64,000 bases of DNA from an uncultured Candidatus Saccharibacteria bacterium (GTDB lineage Bacteria > Patescibacteriota > Saccharimonadia > UBA4664 > CAZJNH01), in the NCBI GenBank assembly GCA_964547425.1, contig CAZJNH010000006.1, positions 6,095 through 70,094 of the forward strand, written 5' to 3'. The position numbers and the translations under genes were made by a program. Of the stretch, positions 45,665 to 54,165 are shown piece after piece. The notes under the pieces are model-generated. The model searched no databases and was not told the DNA's origin. It saw only the letters and a program-made list of their open reading frames with translations. Every line of letters begins with the position of its first letter. Positions within the stretch are counted from its first letter, which is position 1.

Positions 45665-47758
45665 TTATCGGCCTTCGGCGCGGGCGGCGGTGTATTTGCC
45701 GGAGATTTCGTCGGCGACGTTCTGCGGGACGGCGTCGTAGTGGTCAAATTCCATGGTGTTGCTTGCACGACCCTGGGTCATGGAACGAAGAGTTGTGGTA
45801 TAGCCAAACATTTCACCCAGCGGCACGAACGCGTCCACGACTTTGGCGCCGGCACGGTCCTCCATTTTGTCAATCCGGCCACGCTTGGCGTTGAGGTCGC
45901 CAATAACGTCACCCATAAACTCTTCGGGGGTCACAACTTCGACTTTCATAATTGGCTCAAGAATCACCGGACTGGCTTTGCGCACGCCTTCTTGAAGTGC
46001 CATCGAGCCGGCAATCTTGAAGGCCATTTCACTCGAGTCAACTTCGTGGAAGGAGCCGTCGTATAACTTCACCTTCATGTCGACCACCGGATAGCCGGCG
46101 ATAACACCGTTGTTCATCGCTTCTTTGACGCCCTCTTCGACCGGCTTAATGTACTCGCGAGGAATAGCGCCGCCGACGATGGCATTTTCGAACTCAAAGC
46201 CTTCGCCCGGCTCCTGCGGGGAGATCTCAATAAAGACATGGCCGTACTGGCCTCGGCCGCCGGATTGGCGAATGTATTTGCCTTCTTGCTGGACGGTTTT
46301 GCGAATGGTTTCGCGGTAGGCCACTTGAGGCTTACCGACGTTGGCTTCGACTTTAAACTCGCGCTTCATCCGGTCGACGATAATGTCGAGGTGTAGCTCG
46401 CCCATACCGGAGATGATGGTTTGGCCCGTTTCCTGGTTGGAGCTAATGCGGAAGGTTGGGTCTTCTTCACCCAAACGCTGCAAGGCGACACCCATTTTCT
46501 CCTGGTCGGCCTTGGTTTTCGGCTCGATGGCGACGGAGATAACCGGCTCGGGGAAGGTGATGGATTCCAAAATAATCGGGTGGTCTGGGTCACACAGCGT
46601 ATGGCCGGTGAAGGTGGATTTTAGGCCTACGGCGGCGGCGATATCTCCAGCGTAAACTTCACTAACTTCCTCGCGGGAGTTGGCGTGGAGCCGGACGATC
46701 CGGCCAATACGCTCTTTTTCGCCGGTGGATGAGTTCAAAACATAGGACCCAGACTTCATGGTACCGGAGTAGACGCGGAAGAAGGCTAGCTTGCCGACGA
46801 ACGGGTCGGCGGCGATTTTGAAGGCCAGCGCGCTAAACGGCTCCTCGTCCGAAGGTTTGCGGGTAATTTCGTCACCCGTCTTGGGATCAGTCCCAATCAT
46901 CGGCGGCACGTCGAGCGGGCTCGGCAAATAAGCGTTCACAGCGTCTAGTAATTGCTGGACACCTTTGTTTTTGAGCGCGGAGCCGTTTAAGACCGGATAA
47001 AGTTGGTTGGAGATCACGGCTTTGCGTAGCGCGGTGGTCAGCTCGTCTTCAGAGATCTCGCCGCCTTCGAGGAACTTCTCGGTCAAAGCCTCGTCGGTTT
47101 CAGCGATTCTCTCAATCATCGTGGCGCGGTATTCGTCGGCTTTGGCTTTCATATCGTCAGGAATCGGTTCGGAGGCGAACTCCTTGCCCATTTCATCTTT
47201 ATAAACGACAGCTTCCATTTTGATCAGGTCGATGATGCCTTTGTAGCTGGCTTCGGCGCCGATCGGCAACTGAATCGCCACGGCGTTTTTGTTGAGCCGG
47301 TCGTGGATACTTTTGAGGTCGGCGTAAAAGTCGGCTCCGGTACGGTCCATTTTGTTTACAAAACAGATGCGGGGAACATGGTATTTGTCGGCCTGGCGCC
47401 AAACGGTCTCGGATTGGGGCTCAACTCCGGCGACGCCGTCAAATACGGTTACGCCGCCATCTAGCACGCGCAATGAGCGCTCTACCTCAACTGTAAAGTC
47501 GACGTGGCCAGGCGTGTCGATAATGTTGATCCGGTGGTCTTTCCAGAAGCAAGTCGTGGCGGCGGAGGTAATGGTGATGCCGCGTTCTTGCTCCTGTTCC
47601 ATCCAGTCCATCGTGGCTTCTCCCTCGTGGACTTCGCCGATTTTGTGGGTTTTGCCGGTGTAATACAAAACCCGCTCGGTAACTGTAGTTTTACCGGCGT
47701 CGATATGGGCGATGATCCCGATGTTTCGGGTTTTTTCGAGCGAATATTCCCTTGCCAC
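45665..47758 (-). CDS. fusA: Elongation factor G
   Basis: [32 protein letters not shown]. Confidence 0.98.
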   Translation of the reverse strand: MAREYSLEKTRNIGIIAHIDAGKTTVTERVLYYTGKTHKIGEVHEGEATMDWMEQEQERGITITSAATTCFWKDHRINIIDTPGHVDFTVEVERSLRVLDGGVTVFDGVAGVEPQSETVWRQADKYHVPRICFVNKMDRTGADFYADLKSIHDRLNKNAVAIQLPIGAEASYKGIIDLIKMEAVVYKDEMGKEFASEPIPDDMKAKADEYRATMIERIAETDEALTEKFLEGGEISEDELTTALRKAVISNQLYPVLNGSALKNKGVQQLLDAVNAYLPSPLDVPPMIGTDPKTGDEITRKPSDEEPFSALAFKIAADPFVGKLAFFRVYSGTMKSGSYVLNSSTGEKERIGRIVRLHANSREEVSEVYAGDIAAAVGLKSTFTGHTLCDPDHPIILESITFPEPVISVAIEPKTKADQEKMGVALQRLGEEDPTFRISSNQETGQTIISGMGELHLDIIVDRMKREFKVEANVGKPQVAYRETIRKTVQQEGKYIRQSGGRGQYGHVFIEISPQEPGEGFEFENAIVGGAIPREYIKPVEEGVKEAMNNGVIAGYPVVDMKVKLYDGSFHEVDSSEMAFKIAGSMALQEGVRKASPVILEPIMKVEVVTPEEFMGDVIGDLNAKRGRIDKMEDRAGAKVVDAFVPLGEMFGYTTTLRSMTQGRASNTMEFDHYDAVPQNVADEISGKYTAARAEGR

Positions 47759-47883
47759 TTGGTGTAACTAACTCCCGGTCAAATAAAAATATCTCGGTCG
47801 AGACAACTCAAGTAGTTTATCGGATTACGCTTGATGTATCAATACTAAATGAAACAGCGGGGTCCTTGCGGACCCCGCCAATT

Positions 47884-48450
47884 CTAGCCGATCATCGCAA
47901 TCTGCTCGTACAGCTCCTTCCAAGAATTAACGCGAAGCGCAACATGGCTGGCGTCGATGTGTTCGTTGTATCCCCAGCCAAAGTGGAAGAGATAAGGCAC
48001 AGCGCCGGCGAGAGGCTCCAGCTTGTCCAGATCGTCGTCGACAAAGACATTACAGCCGGCTCTGCTTGCGGCAGCGGCTTTCGACAAATCTTTGCCGGTT
48101 CCTACGAACTCCAGATGCAGATCTTGCATCCTTGCCCATTTGCGTGCGACCTCGAGCGACTCCTCAGTTCGAGAAGTGATCACGATGACGGTATGACCGT
48201 CCTCGAGGAGCTTGTCGAGATGGAGCTTGAATTCCTCGACGAGCTCCATCAGAAAGCCAACTTCCTCCGTGCCGTAGATGATCCGCTGTAACTCGGAGTA
48301 CTGCTCCTCGGTTAGGTGGCCTTCGCCGACCACCAACTCGCGTTTGAACTTTTCGGGCGGTATATCGAGACCGTAAAGCCTCAGCGCCCCATCCGACTTC
48401 AGTTTGCCAGCGTCCGAAATAACTCCGTCAAAGTCTAGGCCAATGCGCAT
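47884..48450 (-). CDS. HAD-superfamily hydrolase (5'-nucleotidase-like)
   Basis: IGLDFDGVI, ITSR, FVDD; start reassigned to MRIGL. Confidence 0.75.
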   Translation of the reverse strand: MRIGLDFDGVISDAGKLKSDGALRLYGLDIPPEKFKRELVVGEGHLTEEQYSELQRIIYGTEEVGFLMELVEEFKLHLDKLLEDGHTVIVITSRTEESLEVARKWARMQDLHLEFVGTGKDLSKAAAASRAGCNVFVDDDLDKLEPLAGAVPYLFHFGWGYNEHIDASHVALRVNSWKELYEQIAMIG

Positions 48451-48559
48451 ATTCGCCCCCCTGTGAAAGAGCCAAAAAACGCGGCTGCTTGCCGCAGAGA
48501 AATTATAACAAATAAGTGACGGGGCCTGCTGTGTTAGCAAACCCCGTCGGTGGTGCGCT

Positions 48560-48958
48560 CTAGAGTAGGTCGTCGTCGTAAAGCTGTTCGACCAGCTCGA
48601 GCGTCTTACACGAAATGTTGCCAAGAGTCTCCGGGCGAGAACTCCAGACGAGATCGACGATCTCACTACTGGGCACAGGTGTGCCGATCAGCTCGACCAG
48701 AAAGTAGTCGGTGAGCTTCCGCTCGTCGCGGATCTGGCCGTACCGCTCGTAGAAAGCCGGCCGGCAGGCCACTTCCTCTAGCAGCTCCCGCATGAGCCCA
48801 GCTTCCGAAGATTCGCCGTGTTCACGACGACCTCCCGGCGGTTTGAACTTACCCCCTTGTTCGGCGACCAAAAGCAGTTGCCGATCGACGATGACGATGC
48901 CCCGCACCGAACGCTGCAGTTTCAATTGCTTGCGCAACTTCACTGCCTGCAGAGTCAT
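48560..48958 (-). CDS. NUDIX hydrolase
   Basis: PGGRREHGES..AGLMRELLEE. Confidence 0.8.
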   Translation of the reverse strand: MTLQAVKLRKQLKLQRSVRGIVIVDRQLLLVAEQGGKFKPPGGRREHGESSEAGLMRELLEEVACRPAFYERYGQIRDERKLTDYFLVELIGTPVPSSEIVDLVWSSRPETLGNISCKTLELVEQLYDDDLL

Positions 48959-49010
48959 GTCTTCCCCTTGCTTGAACCCCAACCCACACGGTTGGCATAA
49001 GAATTATGGG

Positions 49011-49433
49011 CTAGAAATCCCAGATGTTCAAGCCGGATTCTTCAGACAGTTTTTTGTTGAGAGCCGTGCCGGAGTCGTAGATTACCAGTTCCGCGGTGGC
49101 GGAGCATTTACCCTGGACCAAGTGGCCGCCGTAGGCCTTCATTTCTTCGTCGGACATCGTGGCGTGAAGATGAATCGAAAGATTGCCGTCCAGTTGGCCA
49201 GCGGTTCCATTAAGCGAGGTCAATTCAAAAATCCCGGCCATTGGCTTTTCGGAGTATTTCTTGTCGGAGATCTTGTAGTGCGCTAGCACCGGGTTTTCAA
49301 GCGACCCCAACCCCCAAATAAAGCCAGCTTTCCACTCCTGTTCGCCAAAGACCTGCTCGATCGAATGATGGTAGTCGTCACCAGGGTCCAGGCGGAGCAA
49401 CACTTTATTATTATCAAGCTGTTTATATTTCAT
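49011..49433 (-). CDS. PPC/DUF296 domain protein
   Basis: LRLDPGDD, FELTSLNG, HLH, GGHL. Confidence 0.85.
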   Translation of the reverse strand: MKYKQLDNNKVLLRLDPGDDYHHSIEQVFGEQEWKAGFIWGLGSLENPVLAHYKISDKKYSEKPMAGIFELTSLNGTAGQLDGNLSIHLHATMSDEEMKAYGGHLVQGKCSATAELVIYDSGTALNKKLSEESGLNIWDF

Positions 49434-49456
49434 AGTTTAATCATAACCGGCAAAAC

Positions 49457-50152
49457 TTAGACCTCCAAGATATCCGGGGTCGAGAGGTCTAGGTCGTAGT
49501 TAAATTCGGCGAAAAAGCGCGACATTGGGTTGTTCTCGAGCGTTTTGGCGATGTCGGTGACCCCGGGCATTAAATCGGCTGCGTCTAGATAATGTAGTCT
49601 AGCCCAAAAGTTCTCCCCTGCCCCGGATTTGGTCACCAGCTGGCCTTGCGGCTCGGTTCCAACGAACAAATGAAACAGGATTTGGCTGATCGGCTCGCCT
49701 TTTTCGTTAACGGTAATGTAGCCGTCGCCGCGGTGGCTTAGGGTCGCCTCGAGGCCGGTTTTTTCCTTCAGCTCGCGTTCGGCGGCGGCGGCTAGCGTTT
49801 CTCCCAAGTGCAGTTTGCCGTACGGAAAACCGACCCGGTTGATCATCGGCTGCTTTTTGCGTTTATAGAGTAGGTACTCGCCGTAAGCGTTACGGAGTAC
49901 CAGTAGCGTTACGATTTTGGGCTGCGACCGTACATTTAGCGTTTCCATACTCAAGCGGTCGGCGTAGAGTTTGCCGGCGGATGTCAGCTCGTAGAGCCCG
50001 TCCGGGCGCTTGGCGACCATATCAGAGCTCATCAGAGCGCTTAGGTGATACGTAAACAGGTTACCCTCTACATCCTTGGGTTTTAAGTCGGCGTAGCGCT
50101 GAGTGGGGTTTAAAATCAGTTTTTTGAGGATGGTCTTGCGCAGGTCGTGCAT
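49457..50152 (-). CDS. wHTH-NUDIX fusion protein (putative regulator)
   Basis: N-terminal FTYHL..L...V.K...G.YELT wHTH; GKLHLGET...AERELKEKTGL. Confidence 0.75.
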   Translation of the reverse strand: MHDLRKTILKKLILNPTQRYADLKPKDVEGNLFTYHLSALMSSDMVAKRPDGLYELTSAGKLYADRLSMETLNVRSQPKIVTLLVLRNAYGEYLLYKRKKQPMINRVGFPYGKLHLGETLAAAAERELKEKTGLEATLSHRGDGYITVNEKGEPISQILFHLFVGTEPQGQLVTKSGAGENFWARLHYLDAADLMPGVTDIAKTLENNPMSRFFAEFNYDLDLSTPDILEV

Positions 50153-50183
50153 AGCATTAGCATAACAGATTAGAAAATATTAT

Positions 50184-50223
50184 TTGACTCAATTTTTCTC
50201 GACTAGAAATTATTTTGACTCAA
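50184..50223. promoter_or_regulatory. Two TTGACTCAA palindromes 31 bp apart
   Basis: 50184-50192 and 50215-50223 in a divergent promoter region. Confidence 0.45.
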
Positions 50224-50281
50224 ATTATAGTTAAGTTATCCACAGGTTTTTCTCCGAGAAAACCGAAAGGAGCAAATTGAC

Positions 50282-50560
50282 ATGATATATCAGATCTTCC
50301 GCAATTTCGTGGCAGCGGTCAGCGATAACCCGAAACTGACGGAGCGAGAGCTGATAGCCGCCGGGCTGAAAGATGTCGAAAACGCAATCGATTATTACCG
50401 GATCGGTTCGGCTTCGGGAGCCATATCTGGACCGTACCACCATCTCATCGATCAAGCGATCGAATGGGGCGCTATTGCCTGGGACCAGGAAAAAAATTGC
50501 TGGGTAAAAGGTGGGTTTGCGGGTACTTGGCTATCTAAACCAGCCAAGGAGGCGAATTGA
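50282..50560 (+). CDS. Hypothetical protein
   Basis: AAGGAG RBS. Confidence 0.55.
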   Translation: MIYQIFRNFVAAVSDNPKLTERELIAAGLKDVENAIDYYRIGSASGAISGPYHHLIDQAIEWGAIAWDQEKNCWVKGGFAGTWLSKPAKEAN

Positions 50561-50561
50561 C

Positions 50562-50828
50562 GTGGAGGCACATGTACTTTTGTTTGGGCCTGTCTACGAT
50601 GAGCACGGGAGACTATACAACTGCCCTGGATTCTTCCGGGCATGGTGTAGCTGCGGTTGGCGGCCAAAGCTAACCCACCGAATTGCTGGACAGGCTTATG
50701 GACTCCGGGGTCACGCAGAAGCAGAGTTCCGAGAAAACCATCTGCCGGGTCTTGCGTGGAAGCAGCCGCAGGACCTAAGTAAAGACTTTCGGTGTGAAGT
50801 ACCAGCCGGAATAGGTTGCTGGAACTAG
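50562..50828 (+). CDS. Hypothetical protein with CSCGW...H zinc-finger-like motif
   Basis: AAGGAGG RBS with GTG start. Confidence 0.5.
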   Translation: MEAHVLLFGPVYDEHGRLYNCPGFFRAWCSCGWRPKLTHRIAGQAYGLRGHAEAEFRENHLPGLAWKQPQDLSKDFRCEVPAGIGCWN

Positions 50829-50836
50829 GGGGCGCG

Positions 50837-51418
50837 ATGAGCTACGACGGAGAGTACGGAGCGAACGAGACCTGCCGACACGATCGGTATTACCGGAGCT
50901 GCGAGTATTGTAGCCGGATCGGTCCAAACGCGACGCAAGAGCAGTATAAAGAGCTCGCCCGGCAAGATGAGGAACAACGAGCCGCCCGCATTGCCGCACA
51001 AAAAACCGCGGCAGCGGCGAGGATTGCCGAGGCCAGATCTCGCAGCTTTCCCGCCACACTGAACGAGCAGCGAGTTGAGCGGACGATAACTTACCGGGTT
51101 GAGATCGGGGACTTCGTCCACTACGACTGCTACAACTACCAGCGGCTTATGGACAAGCATCCAGTCTGGAAGCGCAAGGAGGTCGTCGAGGCTAAGAATG
51201 ACCGTGAAGCTCGAGCGGCCGCCACACGACTCCAGCCGAAACTAAGAGAAATCGGCAGCCTCCGGAAGCATAAGCAATGCCCGCAGCACGGTCTGGGAAT
51301 CGAGGTAATCGGTCTAACGAAGGTCGTCAAAGAAAAAACGGCCGACGGGTGGGAACGAACCACCGAACTCCCTGTCAGTCTGCCGAAAGAAGTTAAGGCT
51401 AGAATTCCCACGATCTAG
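50837..51418 (+). CDS. Hypothetical protein with Cys/His motifs
   Basis: CRH....SCEYC; terminator AAAAGCCCGGGG/CCCCGGGCTTTT at 51432-51462. Confidence 0.55.
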   Translation: MSYDGEYGANETCRHDRYYRSCEYCSRIGPNATQEQYKELARQDEEQRAARIAAQKTAAAARIAEARSRSFPATLNEQRVERTITYRVEIGDFVHYDCYNYQRLMDKHPVWKRKEVVEAKNDREARAAATRLQPKLREIGSLRKHKQCPQHGLGIEVIGLTKVVKEKTADGWERTTELPVSLPKEVKARIPTI

Positions 51419-51477
51419 CCTGGTACCAAAAAAAAGCCCGGGGAATACACCCCCGGGCTTTTCCCTTTTTTTGAACC

Positions 51478-51556
51478 TTGTAGTTCGCTAACCTGAAAAG
51501 GGTTACACCCTTAACAGATTGGCAAATTACAAGGTTTTGGATTTTTGAGTCAAATT
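51478..51556. repeat. 79-bp REP-like hairpin element, copy 2
   Basis: Matches 8962-9040. Confidence 0.9.
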
Positions 51557-53211
51557 TAGGGAATTTCGAGGGTTTGGCCGCCGAGGTAGCGGGCGAAGTA
51601 GCTGTCGTGGGAGATGAATATGATGGCGCCGTGGTAGTCGACCAGGGCGTTTTCTAGTTCTTCAATTGACGGTAAGTCTAAGTGGTTCGTCGGCTCGTCT
51701 AAGATTAGCAAGTTTGGTCGGCTGGCTAACATGCCGATGAGTTGCAGCCGTGCTTTTTCGCCACCGGAAAGCATTGAGACTGGCTTGGGGTAGTCTGCCA
51801 CCGGATCGAACAGGTATTGGGCTAGCAATTGGCGCACCCGCGTATCCGTAACCGGCTGGTTGTGCCGGTCTAAAATTTCAGCGACCGCTTCGCCTAGCTT
51901 TTTCTTGAGTAATCCAGTCTCGACTTCCTGGTGATAAACACCCAGGTTGATGCGTTTTTCAGGGTGAATCCAGCCGCCATAGGCTTTACTGTCCAGTTCG
52001 CGCTCTTCGATCGATGCGATGATCGCCCGGACCAAAGTGGTTTTGCCTACACCATTACGGCCCTTGATCTGGATCCGATCGCCACCGGACATGCTGAAGT
52101 TTACGCCATCAAATAGCGCGTGATCGAAGCCTAGCGACAAGTCTTTGACCTCGAGTAGCTTAGCAACGGTCGATACGCCATCCTTAGCGCCGATTTTGAT
52201 GTTTTTGGCTTTGTACTTATCGTATTTTTCGACCACGTCGTCGCGGAGCTCCTCCACCGATTCGCGATCGATCCAAAACGATGGCTTAGCCACCTCCTCT
52301 TTGAGCTTATTGACCTGTTTAGTAAGCCGCTCTTCGATCGCGACGAACGGGTTTTTCTTGTCGGCGGTGCCGTGCCATGAAGGTTTTTTGGCGCGGGCAG
52401 CTTTAATTTGAATTTCCAGACGGCGAATCGTCCGCTGGGCCACTTCGTAATCGTTGATTTGCCCGACGGTGATACTGCTGTTTTGCTCGAGGTACGCGTC
52501 GTAGTTACCAGGGAACGAGTAAATCGTCTGGTCGCGAATTTCGAGTATGCGGTCGACTTCGCCCAGGACGTCCCGATCGTGGGTTATCACCGCAACGGCG
52601 CGTTTTGTTGATTTGAGCCAATCGATGAAAGTAGCCTTGGCGGCGTAGTCCATATGGTTGGTCGGCTCGTCGGTTAAGGCTAAGTCAGCTTCCGACAGCT
52701 CAACCCTAACTAAATCCACGAACCGTTTCTGTCCGCCCGACAGCGTCGCAAAGTCACCGGCGGCTAGTTTGGCATCAATCTGATACGCCTCGAGCGCCCG
52801 CAAAGCCTTGGCCTGGATGTCGTAGTAACCCAACCGCGTAAACTCCTCGACCGCCTCCGTGTACTCGGCGATCTTTTTAACATCAGAACTCATCTTCGCG
52901 GGGTGATGCTCAATGACCGTCTGAAGCTGTCGATAGTCGGGCAGATTATCGAGAATGTAATCAATGGCCGTTTGGTTTTCGACCGGAAAGTGTTCCTGCT
53001 TGGTAGCAGCCATCTGTAAACCACGGCGGTGACGAATCTCACCTTCAAATTCCTTATCCATTCCAGTCAGCATGTTGAATAGAGTCGTTTTACCCACACC
53101 ATTACGGCCAACAATTGCCAGTTTTTCGCCAGGATTAATGACGAACTTAAGATCGCGAAACAGAATGCGGTGTCCCAATTTCTTTAATTTGATGTCTGCG
53201 GTCAAAAGCAT
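51556..53211 (-). CDS. ABC-F family ATPase
   Basis: Two ABC domains (GRNGVGKTT, LSGG, DEPTNH), no TM segments. Confidence 0.9.
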   Translation of the reverse strand: MLLTADIKLKKLGHRILFRDLKFVINPGEKLAIVGRNGVGKTTLFNMLTGMDKEFEGEIRHRRGLQMAATKQEHFPVENQTAIDYILDNLPDYRQLQTVIEHHPAKMSSDVKKIAEYTEAVEEFTRLGYYDIQAKALRALEAYQIDAKLAAGDFATLSGGQKRFVDLVRVELSEADLALTDEPTNHMDYAAKATFIDWLKSTKRAVAVITHDRDVLGEVDRILEIRDQTIYSFPGNYDAYLEQNSSITVGQINDYEVAQRTIRRLEIQIKAARAKKPSWHGTADKKNPFVAIEERLTKQVNKLKEEVAKPSFWIDRESVEELRDDVVEKYDKYKAKNIKIGAKDGVSTVAKLLEVKDLSLGFDHALFDGVNFSMSGGDRIQIKGRNGVGKTTLVRAIIASIEERELDSKAYGGWIHPEKRINLGVYHQEVETGLLKKKLGEAVAEILDRHNQPVTDTRVRQLLAQYLFDPVADYPKPVSMLSGGEKARLQLIGMLASRPNLLILDEPTNHLDLPSIEELENALVDYHGAIIFISHDSYFARYLGGQTLEIP

Positions 53212-53272
53212 AACCTTCCTAGAATACCAAAAAACCGCCTGGTTGGCGGTTCGAGGGGCTTAAGTCGCTTTG

Positions 53273-53749
53273 CTAGTAACGAGCAAAATGCGCAAATGCC
53301 TTATTCGCTTCGGCCATGCGATGGGTGTCGTCTTTTTTCTTAATCGAGTCGCCCTGGTTGTTGTAGGCGTTCATAATTTCATCGGCCAAACGCAGATCGA
53401 ACGAGCGGCCCTTCATTCCCCGGGCGGAGTCCAAAATCCACACCATAGCGTAATGGGTCCGGCGATCGCCACGGACTTCAACCGGAATCTGGTAGTTAGC
53501 TCCACCGATTCGGCGGGTCCGTACCTGGAGTAATGGCGAAACGTTTTTAATTGCGGTCTCAAAAACTTCGAGCGGATCTTTTTTGGTCTTTTCTTTGACG
53601 TTTTCGAGCGCGCCATACATCAAATTCTCCGCGACACGTTTTTTACCATCTTCCATTAGCTTGTTGATCATCTTAGACACCAAAACGTTTTGGTAGACGA
53701 TGTCCGGGGCGATGGTACGCTTAAATGATTTTGTCTTCTTGCGTGGCAT
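53273..53749 (-). CDS. rpsG: 30S ribosomal protein uS7
   Basis: RRIGGANYQIP, HRMAEANKAFAHF. Confidence 0.97.
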   Translation of the reverse strand: MPRKKTKSFKRTIAPDIVYQNVLVSKMINKLMEDGKKRVAENLMYGALENVKEKTKKDPLEVFETAIKNVSPLLQVRTRRIGGANYQIPVEVRGDRRTHYAMVWILDSARGMKGRSFDLRLADEIMNAYNNQGDSIKKKDDTHRMAEANKAFAHFARY

Positions 53750-54156
53750 TACGGTTTCTTAGTCCCATATAAACTGCGGCCTTGCTTACGGTTGGCTACT
53801 CCGCCGGCGTCTAAGTGACCGCGGACGATATGATAACGAACACCAGGAAGGTCGGGCACCCGGCCGCCGCGAATCATCACTACGGAGTGTTCCTGCAGGT
53901 TGTGGCCAACACCGGGAATATAGGCGGTGACTTCCATGCCGTTAGTCAACCGGACACGGGCAACTTTGCGCAGAGCCGAGTTCGGCTTCTTGGGCGTTTG
54001 GGTAAACACCTTCACGCACACTCCCCGCTTCAATGGCGCCGGTTGGGCGTAGGAGCGGTTTTTGAGCGCGTTGTAGGTCCGCCCCAAGGCCGGAACCTTG
54101 TTCTTTTTCTTGAGCGGCTTGCGCCCTTTTTTGACTAACTGGTTAATAGTTGGCAT
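53749..54156 (-). CDS. rpsL: 30S ribosomal protein uS12
   Basis: [19 protein letters not shown]. Confidence 0.98.
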   Translation of the reverse strand: MPTINQLVKKGRKPLKKKNKVPALGRTYNALKNRSYAQPAPLKRGVCVKVFTQTPKKPNSALRKVARVRLTNGMEVTAYIPGVGHNLQEHSVVMIRGGRVPDLPGVRYHIVRGHLDAGGVANRKQGRSLYGTKKP

Positions 54157-54165
54157 AACGGCTGT

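Noticed and set aside
50236-50244. Perfect DnaA box TTATCCACA as replication origin
   Set aside because: Single box, no dnaA/dnaN nearby, and core genes keep the same strand on both sides
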